DNA of 63,563 nt, counting the filler, from Octopus bimaculoides (taxonomy: Eukaryota), in the NCBI RefSeq assembly GCF_001194135.2. It is 7 parts of 6 records of this genome, joined end to end, with 100 filler letters (N's around TTAATTAATTAA, not from the genome) between each part and the next. Parts side by side here need not be neighbours in the genome. Positions count along the whole stretch, not along the records: positions 33,710 to 45,725 come from NC_068981.1; positions 45,826 to 51,460 come from NC_068988.1; positions 51,561 to 56,986 come from NW_026416016.1; 4 more parts are not named here. One strand, written 5' to 3'. Of the stretch, positions 39,545-53,479 are shown piece by piece. Under the pieces are notes generated by a model. The model did not search any database. It had not been told where the DNA came from and saw nothing but the letters and a program-made list of their open reading frames with translations. The position numbers and the translations under genes were made by a program. Position 1 is the stretch's first letter; each line of letters opens with the position of its first letter.

Positions 39545-39890
39545 ATGCCAAGAAGTTTTCTTCTTAACAACATGGTTCCAGGTTCAGTCTCACCGCATGA
39601 CACCTGAGGCAAGTGTAATGTACTAGTGCTCTAAGCCGAGAGAGCCTTATGAATGAATTTGGCTGACGGAAACTGAAAGAATCCCATCGACTCTATGTGT
39701 GGGTATGAGTGTGTGCATCTATGTGTTTGTCTTTGCTTCCACCACCCCTTTACAGACGGTGTTGGTTAGGAAAAGGAGACAGAAAAATATAAGTGCCGGG
39801 CTCTTAAAATGTACAGGGATTAATTCATTCAGCTAAAACACTTCAAACAGTGTCTCAAGATGGCCACAGACCAATGACTGAAACAGTAAA
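39545..39890 (+). mobile_element. SINE family B, decayed full-length copy
   Basis: CACATGGTTCCAGGTTCAGTC...GGAAACTGAAAGAA...GT spacer...CCACAGACCAATGACTGAAACAGTAAA. Confidence 0.75.
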
Positions 39891-40001
39891 TTGATAAAAG
39901 ATATGTATGGAAGGTATATCCAATGTTCAGTGAAAGGACTTCAATGCTGGGAATCAAAGCCTTTCAGGTATTACGCACGCGCGCAAGCACACACACATAC
40001 A

Positions 40002-40032
<31 letters not shown>

Positions 40033-41486
40033 NNNNNNNNNNNNNNNNNNNNNNNNNNNNNNNNNNNNNNNNNNNNNNNNNNNNNNNNNNNNNNNNNNNN
40101 NNNNNNNNNNNNNNNNNNNNNNNNNNNNNNNNNNNNNNNNNNNNNNNNNNNNNNNNNNNNNNNNNNNNNNNNNNNNNNNNNNNNNNNNNNNNNNNNNNNN
40201 NNNNNNNNNNNNNNNNNNNNNNNNNNNNNNNNNNNNNNNNNNNNNNNNNNNNNNNNNNNNNNNNNNNNNNNNNNNNNNNNNNNNNNNNNNNNNNNNNNNN
40301 NNNNNNNNNNNNNNNNNNNNNNNNNNNNNNNNNNNNNNNNAAGACAAAATAAAATAACAAAAATAAAATTAGGGACAACGATCAAGAGGGATCGTAATCG
40401 TTTGGGATATTTACAAAAAAAAAAAGTCGAAATAATACAAGTTCCCAAAAAATGGGGAGATTTATCCGTGGAAAGAAAAACCTACGAAAAGACCACGGTT
40501 ACCTCGGGCAATAATGTCACATATTAACACATTCATTTACAAATAAGTAAACCTCTGTTCTAAATTTTTTGGGGGTTTTTTTCCGGTTCATAGGATCATA
40601 CTCAAGATGGCTTCGTCATTCACACGTGCCATCCTTGCTACATTCACCCATCTTGTTTTGAAACATTCGCTAGACAAAACTTGCCTCTCTACTCTCACCT
40701 TCCTTTTCAAATGTTACTTGAAAAAATTGATGAGAGATTGATCAGAGAGGAAAGTGTTTGTCTCTAATTCTTTCAGACGCGTCCACCAGATACATTCTTT
40801 CGCCATAGATACTTAGATAGATGCTCTGTGTGTGTGTGTGCGTGCGTGTGTGTGCGTGCGTGTGTGTGTGTGTGTGCGTGTATTTACACACACAGTTACC
40901 ACATACATATTGATTTATGTACATACATATGTGGCTGTATATGTGTGAGTAGGCACTATGGAAAAACTTAGAAAGGAGTTTAAAGATGTCTCATTGAATG
41001 TTTGATTCGTTCAAAATGAGCAACATAAAAAGAAGTCGTCCAACATCAGACTATTTAATGATATGAAGATATTCAAGCTCCTCGTTCTGATCTGTCGAAA
41101 TTTCATTGATTCTCAGAAGACACGCATGCGCAATGAAGTGTGTATGTATGTGTGTATGTATGTATGTATGTATGTATGTATGTATGCATGTTTGCATGTA
41201 TATATATGCATGCATGTTTGCAGGTATGTATGTATGCATTTCCAAATATATCTGTTTATATATAGGTATATATGTTTATATACGTATATTTGTATACCCC
41301 TATAAAGACGGTTATATATGCATATTTATACACACACAAATATATACGGTTATATCAACACACACACACATACACACACACTCACACACACACATATATA
41401 TGTATGTATATATAGTAATACTGATATATATTGATATTANNNNNNNNNNCAGTTGCATACACGTATAGACAGACAGACAGACAGAC

Positions 41487-41565
<79 letters not shown>

Positions 41566-41883
41566 CAGACATATGCATTGCATTTGCACACAGCAGGCCT
41601 GAATGTTTGAAATGGCGACAGGAAAGAAATAATTTTTTAAGTAACAACAGCGTCAGTCACAATTGTGACGCCATTACCACAACGAAAATGATCTGTAACA
41701 ATCACAATAACAGCAACAACAACAAATGAAATAACAAACAAGAAAATGTAAATCAGTGACAACCTAAATAAAAATGAAATACGTAGAAATAGAACAGAAA
41801 TGTTGATGCGATGATATAATTTATGGCGACGATGACAATGACACAATGGTAATCATCATTTTCATCATCACATCATCATCAAC

Positions 41884-41942
<59 letters not shown>

Positions 41943-42023
41943 CAGGATTGTTGTTGTTGTTGCTGTTATTATTGTTGGTGTTAATATTACCATTATCGTT
42001 ATCAATATTATTACTCTACGCGT

Positions 42024-42215
42024 AGGCCGTGAGATGGCAGAATCGTTAGCACGCCGGGCAAACTATCCAGCGACATATCGTCCATCTTTACGTTCCAAGT
42101 TCAAATTCCGCCGAGGTCGGCTTCACCTTTCGTACTTTTGGGGTTGATAAAAGAAGTACCAGTTTAGTACTGGGGTCGATATAATCAACACACCATGTGC
42201 CTATAGTAGAAAGGA
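42024..42215 (+). mobile_element. SINE family A copy
   Basis: GATGGCAGAATCGTTAGCACGCCGGGC...AGTTCAAATTCCGCCGAGGTCG...AAGTACCAG...CTGGGGTCGAT. Confidence 0.85.
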
Positions 42216-42371
42216 TTATAATTATGCGCGTATATTAATAATAATAGTAATTGCGATTGAGAATTTAAAATCACTTCTTTAACTTTCTAAGACATCTCAA
42301 CGCTTCTAAAAGCAAACTTCGTTTGTTTGTTTACGTTTATCGTAATTTGAATTTAATAATAATGATGTTTT

Positions 42372-42565
42372 CAATTTTTGGCACAAAGCCAGCAATTTCG
42401 GAGGAGAGGGTAGATCGATTACATCAACACCAGTACTGAACTGGTACTTATTTTATCGACCCCGGAAGGATAAAATGTAAAGTCGACTTCTGCGGAATTT
42501 GAACTCAGAACGTAAGAACAGATCAAATGCCGCTAAGTATTTTGTCTGTGTGCTAACGATACTAC
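42372..42565 (-). mobile_element. SINE family A copy, inverted
   Basis: CTGGTACTTATTTTATCGACCCCGGAAGGAT..AAAGTCGAC..C.GCGGAATTTGAACTCAGAACG. Confidence 0.85.
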
Positions 42566-42587
42566 TGGTATTTCGTCCACCTTCTTG

Positions 42588-42735
42588 TTGAGTTCAAATT
42601 CCGCCGAGGTCGACTTTGTTTTTCATCCTTTGGGGTCGATAAATTAAGTACCAGTGAAACATTAGGGTCGATGTAATCGACTACTCCACCCTCCTCCAAA
42701 ATTCAGGTCTTGTCACTTGAGTAGAAAGGATTATT
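42588..42735 (+). mobile_element. SINE family A copy, 5'-truncated
   Basis: GAGTTCAAATTCCGCCGAGGTCGACTTTG..TTTCATCCTTTGGGGTCGATAAATTAAGTACCAG. Confidence 0.85.
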
Positions 42736-42948
42736 ATTATTGTTGTTGTTATTGCTGTTGTTATTGTCGCAGTTATTCTTAATATTATTATGATTATTAT
42801 TGTTAGCGTCACTGCTGCTACGGCTATTTTTGATACAGCTGCTTCTGCTGCTGCTGCTGTTGCAATCTGAATTGTTTTTATATAAAGAAGAAAGGTTATT
42901 CAGTGCTAAATTTCAGAAAGAATTCCAGCATCAAATATTTGGCTTGAA

Positions 42949-42981
<33 letters not shown>

Positions 42982-44439
42982 GTGGAGGAGGAGGAGCAGC
43001 TGAGGAAGAGGAGGGGGAAGTGGAAGACAAAGTGCGGGATAATGCTCTAATAAAAATACCCTAAATAATTTCTATATTTGCCACGAGAGGACTAGATTAG
43101 ATAATACAATGTAAGAAAATATATTTATGTAACAATACGAGGCGTATATTGAATGGCATGAGCACAGACGTATGCACGCGACTCCCCCGCCACACACACA
43201 CACACACACACACACATGCACATAGACATTTGTACATACATACATACATATACACAACAATTTGTATGTATCACTTAACAAATATATATGCTCCTTTGTG
43301 TGCGAGCATGTGTGTGTCTGTGTCCGTGTGAATGTGTGTTTCTGTATGTTTGTCTGTGTGTGTGTGAATGTGTGTCTTCGTGTGTGTCTTTGTTTGTGTG
43401 TGAATCCCCGTGTACACATATACGTGCATACATATCAACGATAAGTATACCGTGCTCCCTACCATCACCTACAACAATATTTAATATAGAATATGCTATA
43501 GTTGTTGCTGTTGTATATGTCGTCGTATTTAGTGAAAATGATGACGATAGTGATGCCAGCTGTGAAGAAAGTGAAGTTAAATATCAAATATGTAACAAGT
43601 ATTTGAATAAGTTATTGAAAGAAGACGTAAGCATTATAAAATAGCGAAATAAACATTAGGAATATTTAGAAAATCTCACGAAACAAGCAAAACAGAACAA
43701 TTGTATTTAGAAAGTACGTGGAAAATTCGTACGCAATGATTCCGTTTGTAGGTTTGTATGATTATATTTTTGTAAAGAAATTAGTAGAAATATAAACATA
43801 AAGTGTAAAATATTTAGATTTTAACTATAAAAGAATTTTACGTAGTCATAGAATCGTAGAACGCGACTTGGATAGAATAACGGAATGATGAAATAAATAC
43901 AATGACAGATGTGAATGATTAGAAGAAAGAGAGTAGGTGATTGTAGGAAAGAATTTAGAATTAGGAGATAGGAAAAAATACTGCAAACATGCTAAAGGAG
44001 TAAAGAAAATTTTGGAATGAAAAATAGAAAGGATAGGCTTAATGAATGAAAATGGAAGAAACAGGGAAGAAAAAATATAGTAAAATTAGAAGGGAGGTAG
44101 TAATGAAGGCAGAAAGGAAAACGTGATGGGAGAGGAAAATGAATGAAATACTTAAAAGACAGATTAAATGAATACGTTCAAGCCTTAATGACAGAGAGAT
44201 GTTCAAATAGGAATAAAGATTCTTTGAAATATATATTAAGGAAAGAAAGAAGGATAGATGAAAGAAGGAAAAAACTAGAATGAATGACTGATTAAATGAA
44301 TGAAAGAGCCAGTCAATCAATAGACAATTTATTTTGAAATATTTAATGAATAACTGAAAGAAATAATGGAACGAATGTCAGTTCTACCGGGAAAATTCAA
44401 AATGACATTCTTCAGAACACGTGTCAGATTTGTTGCAAG

Positions 44440-44800
44440 GGTCAAGTATATGGACCCTGACACATGCATTTGAGAAGTAACTGGATGGTGCGTAGAATAA
44501 AATGCTTAGCGTTGTATAAAACATAAACTGGCATCAATGTATTACAAATGAAAGTATATATGGAAACTTGCACAAAATAATTACTATTGCTCAAAGACGG
44601 TTACACTTTGTACAACGTCGCTGGAGAAGTAAGCATCAAGTTACATACAAGCTGCTATTGTGGGACCAACTGAAGGGAGACGCAATAGAGGAAATCCTGC
44701 TAGAACATTCATCGATGAACTTTCAGACGATACAAACCTCAGTAAGAAGCTGTTGCCAGGAACAAAGGAAAATCATGAAGTTTTAAGAGACGTTGACAGG
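44440..44800 (+). pseudogene. RTE-like LINE C-terminal remnant
   Basis: Frameshifted INVLQMKVYMETC / IAQRRLHFVQRRWRSK...LLLWDQ / EGRRNRGNPARTFIDELSDDT, resembling the RTE RRL.F.GH...GRP.KT end. Confidence 0.65.
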
Positions 44801-44929
44801 AATGATGGAACGTAGTCGCAAAGAAAAAATTCACACACGACTCTTGGGTCAACCGCAAAATGTTGTAAAAGTACTTCCGCAAGGCAGCAGACAGTGAGGT
44901 TTGAACTCGGATCATTAGAATTGTGAGGT

Positions 44930-45725
44930 GTACTTCGTAACCACTTAGAAGAAATATGAAAGATGAAGATCGAACAGGACGTCCAGTTGAGTTTGATGAT
45001 AAGCTCCTTGAGGCATTACTTAAAGAAAATCTTGCATTATCAGTTGAAGAACTGGCAATAAATCTTAGTTCAAACCATACAACTGTTCATCGACATCTTC
45101 AACAACTTGGAAAGGTTCCTAAACTTGGAAAATGGGTGTCTCATAAATTGTCCGAAAGCAACCGCAAATCACGAGTTGACATTTGCTCTTCTCTCCATTC
45201 TCGCGAACTCATTTCACCCTTTTTGGATAGACTTGTGACTGATGACGAAAAATGGATCTTCTATCGAAATGTTAAACGTCGTAAACAGTGGCTTGGTAAA
45301 AGGAAAAAAAAAACTCAACCACAACCGAGAAAGGAACTTCATGGGAAAAAGTTTCTTCTCTCTATCTGGTGGGATTGCAAAGGAGTAATTCACTTTGAAT
45401 TGTTACCACCTAATGCAACAATCAATGCTCAAGTCTACTGTCAGCAATTAGAGCATTTGAACCAAGCTTTGAAGAAAAAATACCCGCGTCAGTGAATCGA
45501 AAAGAGTGATGCTTCATCAGAACAAAGCACGACCCCACACTGCAAAGATCACATCACAGAAGATCGAAGAGCTTCGTTAGGAAAAACTTCCTCATCCACC
45601 TTATTCTCCTGACCTTACTCCCTCAGACTACCATTTGTTTCATAGTTTACAGAATCATTTGGGGGACAACTTTCGCAAGCCAGGTGGAGGTCGAAACTGA
45701 CATTTCAGAGTTCTTCGTTTTGAAA
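44930..45725 (+). mobile_element. 5'-truncated mariner transposase (D,D34D), runs into gap
   Basis: ORF 44956-45495 DEDRTGRP...WVSHKL...LVTDDEKWIFY...LSIWWDCKGVIHFELL, then frameshifted LHQNKARPH and PHPPYSPDLTPSDYHLF. Confidence 0.93.
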
Positions 45726-45849
45726 NNNNNNNNNNNNNNNNNNNNNNNNNNNNNNNNNNNNNNNNNNNNTTAATTAATTAANNNNNNNNNNNNNNNNNNN
45801 NNNNNNNNNNNNNNNNNNNNNNNNNGTTGTGTGTGGGTGGTTGTTTGTT

Positions 45850-47106
45850 TTGATGTCGTTATTTGTGATGTTTGTTTTAGAGTTGATGTAATTCATCAAC
45901 TCTGTGTTTTTACTGTCTATTGCTGTTAGCATTGTTTTTTGCATATTACTATTGGTGTTAGGTGTATTTTCGGGAGATGTGAATCTCCCTGCTTTGTTTG
46001 TGTTTGCATTTTGTTTTGTTTTCTTCTTACTGCGCTTCCTCTTTCCTTTCGTAGCTATTTTCCACTCCTCCTCACTCTCTTCATCCGATTATAAGAGTTC
46101 TGAGGAGTCAGAAAGAGGTAACGGCAAATTTTGTGCGTCTGTGTGTGTTTCTGTGAGTGTTTCTGTTGCTGTTTTTGTTGGTGTTGGCTGCTTGTTATTT
46201 GTATGTGGTGTATGTGATATGGGGGAGGGAGAGGCAGTCTTGATTTTTCCTTTTTTTTCTCTCTTCTGTTTTTGCAGTTTCTGTTGTTTTTTTTCTGTTG
46301 TGGTTATTGCTGATATTTCTGTTGTTGTTTTTTGTGTTCCTGGTGGTGTTGGTAGTAATTTTTTTCTGTTGGGTGTATTTGGTAGTTGCTTCTGTTGTTG
46401 TTGTTATTGTTGTTGTTGTTTTTGTTTAACGGCCAGAGGGCAGTCCTTTTTCAAATGTGCCTCGCTGTTACCTATGCAACAGCGAGGTCGCCTGCCCTCT
46501 ACCACCACATACAGCTTGTGGTCCTCTGTCAGTCTAATGTTTGGAGGAATTTTCTGTGAAGCCTCCTCCGTGATGTGGAGAAGGATTTCCAGATTTTTCC
46601 CTCCCCAGTTCTTTTCCTCTACGACCGTAATCTCCAAAATATTTGCCTACTCCATTTCGAGGCATACGGCCGATATTAGCCATTGGGTGTCCACTTCTGA
46701 TGGCACATTTTTTATAATTACTTTGGTCACTCTCTGTCCAAGATAACTCGGTATCATCACCAAGTTATCTGTGCGGAGAGAGAGTGAAGAATCTCTCCTG
46801 TACCGTTCCAAATTTTCGTCCCCACGTAACATGCTCTTGATGAGCCCATACAGGTTTAAGAAATACCTCGTTCTTATCTGTGCTAAAATTTTCTACACGT
46901 CTGGTTTTTGTGTTTACCAGTTTATAAATGATGCATTTTTTGTCTTTTTTTTCTATAATTTCTTTTGGAATGTTTATTTTAACACCATCGCCTTCTTTCG
47001 TAAGAAGGGATTTTGTGTCTTTAATTTGTTGTTGTGTGAATGTCACTATTGTTCTTTTTTCCTTTATAGCATCTGCAAAATTTGTTTTTGTTGTGCTGGC
47101 GGACAT
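45850..47106 (-). pseudogene. LINE ORF1 (gag-like, L1/Tx1-type likely) with degenerate CCHC knuckle
   Basis: Frameshifted chain MSASTTKTNFADAIKEK... / YLGQRVTKVIIKNVP / VVVEGRRPRCCIGNSEAHLKKDCP, then a Q/T/K-rich tail with EEEWKIATKGKRKR. The clade assignment is inference. Confidence 0.7.
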
Positions 47107-48424
47107 GTTCTTTTGAATATATGTCTGTGTGTGTGTGTATGTATGTATGTATGTATGTATGTATAGTTCATCCGAGACATTACAACTGTGTCTGTTTAAG
47201 TGCTTCAATCCTGTGTATGCACGCATATTTACTCGAATGCTGACATTTAGCTACGGTTTCTATTATTGTTTCGATGAACTATTTTCTAGCATTAACCAAA
47301 GTGCCGGAACTACTGACCACGCGATTATACTAGTCAAATATAAATTATATAAATTATTTGAATCACATTGTTTGCATTAGTGTAAGTTAATTATTGAATT
47401 AATGACCAAACTCTTACTAATGTATTTATGTCTTCCTTCATCAGCCTTTACATGAAATTTACGAAAAATGTTATGATTAATAAAAACCTTTAGCTTTTAT
47501 TCGAATACATAGATGGCATTTAGTGTTCTGCATACTTTGATTCTACTTTGACATTTGAACAAGTTTTGATATTGTGCGCTTGTGCTTCCTGTGGAATATT
47601 TAAAATAGAATCTGTGAAATTAAGTCAGTGTACACTGTGGAAAGAAAATTGTTTCAGGTGCGAAACCATAGTTAATGATTCAAACGTTAATGTCACCTTG
47701 TGCAATGCTGCAGAGCGCTGTATTAGAAGGATGTGATACGACATCAAAATAGAATTCTTTGAAGCTAATTAGATTTCATAGTAAATACATCTTAAAGAAT
47801 GGCAATCGCACAGTATGCCATACAAGTGTCACAGCTATCTTTACAGATGTCATCTAATTATATGAATTCTTTTTAGTACAAATCGAATAAATGCATATTT
47901 ATAGCAGAGACTGTAATTTTAAGTTTATGAAATATATCTGGCAATTCATATAACGAATTACAATGGGATAAATAGTTTAGAAGCATTGAACTTGTTTCTT
48001 AACTGTAGCAAATTCATTTAGAGAGATCAGAGTGTGACTGAGAATTTGGCATATTCTATGCACTTTCATATTGCGTTAGCAACATCTATTATTGTTAAGA
48101 ATCTAAAGTACTCTTTGCGAGAGATTATTATAAATTCTCAGCCTATTTTGAAGTTACTCTTTTATATATATCGATATACGTATGTGTGTGTGAATGTGTG
48201 TGTGTGCGCGTGTATGTATGTGAAAGTATGCATGAACATATGTGCATATGATTTTATTTTATATCATAAAACACATAGATCCTATTACACTTCAAGTAAT
48301 ATGTGGTTCCACTAACCAAATGTGAATCGTTGGCGACGTTTTCCTCCTTCTTCCTTTCTGGATGCAAGATTTGTAATTATTATAGTTGCATACACTTAAA
48401 TATGAAAAATAAACCTAGCACATT

Positions 48425-48640
48425 GTCAGTTACGTCGACAAGGGTTCCAGATGATCTGATCAGCGGAACAGCCTGCTCGTGAAACTAACATGCAAGTGGG
48501 TGTACACTAGATAGACATGCATACTTTTAATTTAGTTCTCAAAGAGATTCAGCGTGACACAGATTGTAACAAGGATGGCCCTTTGATATACAGGTACTAC
48601 TCATTTTTGCCATCTGATGGGACTGGAGTGATGTGAAATA
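48425..48640 (-). mobile_element. SINE family C, partial
   Basis: Aligns to 52735-52950 (GATC.GATCA.CGGAACA.CCT.CT.G.GAAA.TAAC...CAGGTACTACTCATTTTTGCCA). Confidence 0.8.
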
Positions 48641-49196
48641 TCTCTATAATATAAGTCGCTAAAACCTGAAAGGAGTGATCTGAACTTCGTTTGGAGCGTT
48701 TGTGAGTGACTTTCCGGAAGTAATTCTAAACATTTCATAGCTGGGATTCTGACAGGTTCTACTACGCCTGGTCAGGGCAGATCTGAGACCAATCGTTCCT
48801 CGACACTACTTTACACTGTGTATATCCCGAACCAGAGCATCATAACTGTATACACTTGCAAGTCATAACCAGAAAATACACACACACACGACCAAATTTA
48901 TCTATACATATATATACATAAAAAATATGTATATATACATGTGTGTATTCGCTTGTGTGTGTGGCGCATTCAGTTGTACTATACATTGAAGTCGAGTGAA
49001 AGTGCCTGAGAATTATGTTACAGCTACATCTGTCAACAACTGATGTTTCAAAGGCAAACGTATTACATATTCCTAAACACTGCCGATATATCCGTGCAAA
49101 AACGATGCATACTTGTTCACAGACATACACGCACATATACGCGCACCTATATTCGCATAAATTCTCTCCAAGCATAAGAAATACATACATATATGC

Positions 49197-49253
<57 letters not shown>

Positions 49254-49598
49254 AATACATCACACACACACACACATACACATATATATATATATACATA
49301 TATAAGCCGGTAACTCAATATTATATAATATAAAATTAAACGTGTTTTATTTTTTTATCCTTATTAAACTTTGTATGAGCGTTATAAATGCGATCTGCCA
49401 GAAGAAAATAAAAGAAAACGACTAAGCAGTTCAGTTAAGAAGACGTAAATTTCACTATAACGTATATTTAGTAACAACTTGAATCTTCAGTTTAATACTG
49501 GTAATATATGTGAATAAGCATCGTTATTTCGGTCTACTTGTAGCTTTCAGTGGTCCTTCCTTCCTTCTTTCCAACCTTCTTTCCTTTCCTTCTTTCCT

Positions 49599-49649
<51 letters not shown>

Positions 49650-51386
49650 GTCTTCGTTTTCTATCTATAAAATCTGCCATTCAATCGATATAGATATTTG
49701 CCTGTGATTTGTATATGTTCACATGCATATATAAATACATACAAACATATATAGATACATATATGCTGTGTGTGTATATCTGTAAATATATGCATTTACA
49801 TATATGTATGCATGTATGTGTATATACATATATATGCGTGTGTGAGTGTGGCTGTGTGCATATATATGTGTATATATATTTTTATATATATGTATATATA
49901 TATAAATATATGCATATATATGTATATATATACATATATATATATATATANNNNNNNNNNNNNNNNNNNNNNNNNNNNNNNNNNNNNNNNNNNNNNNNNN
50001 NNNNNNNNNNNNNNNNNNNNNNNNNNNNNNNNNNNNNNNNNNNNNNNNNNNNNNNNNNNNNNNNNNNNNNNNNNNNNNNNNNNNNNNNNNNNNNNNNNNN
50101 NNNNNNNNNNNNNNNNNNNNNNNNNNNNNNNATATATATATATATATATACACACTCAGTCGCCACAGACATATCATTTTCTTTTGCTGTACTATCAAGG
50201 AAGTATTCCAGTTGCCTTGAGGGTACGCGCGTATATTATATGAAGCTGAGCATACGAATTAGATTTTGTAGCTTTCTTATCACACATACAAACACACACA
50301 CACACATACACAAATACACGCATACACGTGCACACACCCATACACCCACACACCCACACACAACACGTACACGCGAAGACATTCATTCACACTTATATAT
50401 AATCGAAGGTATATATTGCGACACTAATACATTCACAGGAGATTTCCAATGTAGCCATATGTATTAGAGAAGATCTGAATATACAAGTAATAAATTAAGT
50501 GAGAACATGAAAAGTAACGTAAGACGGCAACGCGGTAAATTTTAAGCAGAATCAACCATATGAAAGCAATAATACGTAGATATATGTGATAAAGTCACTT
50601 ATACATCGTCAACATCATCATTTCTGGTAATTTCTCATATGAGAGAAGTGTAATTAAATTCCTTCTGGCATTCGCAACTAACTCAGAATTATATAAAACA
50701 AAAATAGCGAGATGATCTCAAGAACCAAGAATTCATCGAAGTTGAAATGATATTGGGAAAAATACAACCTGATAGCGTTGATAGTCTGGCTATAAGAGGA
50801 CAACCGTGGCCATGTCCTTGTAATGATTGGAACTTGGCGTTTATATTATGAGAGGAATAATATATTCTATACAATATAAAGAAATATTGCAGGGGCATAC
50901 AAAAATTATTGAAAAAGTCCATGATTTACGTGTATTTCATCGGGTAGAGAAATAGAAAAGAAGTAATCATTGGTTTGTTACACTTTACATTGGAAAATAT
51001 TTAGCGCGAAAGATGTAAAGGCGATAATACATCTGAAAGCTTCCTAAAATTCAGAAATTCGCTCCTGCTAGAGTGTGAATGCGATTTGAATCTGACAAAA
51101 AAAAAAGAAACAAGATTTCGAATGAATGTTCTATGAAAGAAATTAGAAATAGAATACTACGAAAATATATTTAGTAAACATTTTACTAAACGAAAAAAAA
51201 AATCAAGTTTGACGATTGCTTGCTGGGGAAAAAATTGTAGGAAAAATTTATATTTAAATGGATCCACAGATATAGCTAAATAATATTATATACAGTGACA
51301 GGTACACACACACACACACATGTTTAAATATATAAATTTATATCTTTAGTCATGTCTATGTATATATCTATATCTACATGTATATG

Positions 51387-51460
<74 letters not shown>

Positions 51461-51769
51461 NNNNNNNNNNNNNNNNNNNNNNNNNNNNNNNNNNNNNNNN
51501 NNNNTTAATTAATTAANNNNNNNNNNNNNNNNNNNNNNNNNNNNNNNNNNNNNNNNNNNNACGGGGATAGACACAACTGTCTTTACACGACGTACTTCAA
51601 ATTACTCCACTAAATACAAACTCTCAACAACGTCCTACGACTTCTACAACTTCTCTCATCTCACCTAATACGCTACCTTTTATAAGAGTTCGGCTAGTCC
51701 ATTCTTCCAATCCCACAGGGCTGTAAATGACTCTCACCACAACAATATATATGACAAACTTCTTTCAGT

Positions 51770-51915
51770 TTCTGATTACCAAATCTACTTTGGCTTTGGT
51801 CGGCCGGAGGCTATAGTAAAAAAAAAACATTTGCCCAAGGTGTCACACAATGGGACTGAACTCGGAACCAAATGGCTGGAAAGCAAGCTTCTTACAGCAC
51901 AGCCACGCATGCGCT
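51770..51915 (-). mobile_element. SINE family B, 5' half
   Basis: GGCTTTGGTCGGCC.GAGGCTATAGTA.AA..CA.TTGCCCAAGGTG.CAC...GGGACTGAAC.CGGAACCA is the reverse complement of the family B head. Confidence 0.8.
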
Positions 51916-52734
51916 TATAAGAATGTTTGCAGATTATTTTGGCATGATTTATAACAAAGCATAAGTCGAAACAAAGTCAAAGTTACTAGTGATGTTTGAA
52001 GCATTCTTTTAAAAGATTTTCAGCTGCTTCTCGTTTTTCAAAAAAAATTTGATTGAGATAGATTTTGCTATATAATTTATTTATTGAAGTAATTCAAAAT
52101 GTTTCTAAGGGGCCGTTTATAAATATATGATATAAATACAGATTTATGAATGTATGTAACTGCACATCAATACATGTGTATGCAAATAAATTCATATAGA
52201 TCATGTATATTTCCATAGTGATAGGCTCGTATAAACAAACATAGATACATAAATACACTAACATACACATATATACCCTTCCATACATATACATGGAAGC
52301 ATATATAAACATGCATATATATGAAAGAATATACAGATGCATATATAATACATACATTTATATGCACATATGTGTATGTATATACAAATGCATGCACACA
52401 TGCATATATGTAGATGTGTACATTCATGCACATCTAAGAATCCTGATAATAGGACTGCATATGTAAATAACTGCAATATATATGTAAACATATACTTTTG
52501 TTTTGTATGTACACCAGAGTGAGATATCAGTACTTGTTTGAATATATTCAAATATATTTCTGGATACAGACAGGCTGATAGATAGATAGATGCATTTGTA
52601 CATAACTAGACTTTCATGTCTATGCATTTAAGTGTGCACATCTGCGTATGAATGACTAATGCATATGCATATGCATATCATATCATATACAAGCTATTCA
52701 ATGTATACATATGAACTGACGTATATTATTGGTA

Positions 52735-53030
52735 CTCCGTCGGTTACGACCACTACTCCAGCTGATCCGATCAACGGAACAACCTACTTGCGAAATTAAC
52801 GTGTATGTGGCTGAACACTCCACAGGCATGTGTGCCCTTAATGTCGTTCTCGGTGAGATTCAGCATGACGCAGAATATGACAAGGCTGGCTCTTTGAAAT
52901 GCAGGTACTACTCATTTTTGCCAACCGAGTGAACTGGAGCAACGTGAAATAAAGTGTCTTGCTGAAGGACACAACGTGTCCTTACAATCACGAGCCGTAT
53001 ACCCTAACCACTAAGCCACGCGCCTTCACA
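52735..53030 (-). mobile_element. SINE family C, tRNA-derived
   Basis: The minus strand starts GGCGCGTGGCTTAGTGGTTAGGG (A-box), then GTGTCCTT.AGCAAGACACTTTATTTCAC core. Confidence 0.82.
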
Positions 53031-53282
53031 TACATATACACATGTAAGTAATTCACCGCTCTTTTAATCTGTTATATTTCACCTTACATAAAAACAAACA
53101 GTAATATATGTATCTGTGTATATATTATTTTCATGTTGTCGTTCACATCATTTTAATTTCCCCTTTCTCAAGATCACATGGACGGGTTGGATGGGGTTTA
53201 TCAAGGCAGATCTTCTTCCTTTTGCCATGTAGTTATAATTATAATACAGTTGTATATTAGATATATGTGTGCGTATACAAAA

Positions 53283-53445
53283 GGAGACACGTGGGATAGA
53301 GAATCATTGAAAAGGATACAGGATGTGTGACGAAAGGGCTTTGACAAAATAACTAAAATAATAATAATAATAAAGCTGAAAGTAAGACCAAATATATAGT
53401 GCTTATGTTTAATTGGCAAAAACATGACCATCCCCCAGTATTAGA
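53283..53445 (+). repeat. Second, older copy of the hammerhead-bearing repeat at 3325-3525
   Basis: Same flanks; hammerhead decayed to ATCA-TTGAAAA-G-GATACA..TGTGAC-GAAA-GGGCTT-TGAC. Confidence 0.65.
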
Positions 53446-53479
53446 ATATGTATTTATAAAAATTTATATTCATTATAAC

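Noticed and set aside
45904-46746. 280-aa hydrophobic + strand ORF resembling a membrane protein
   Set aside because: It is the antisense of the A/C-rich LINE ORF1 remnant.
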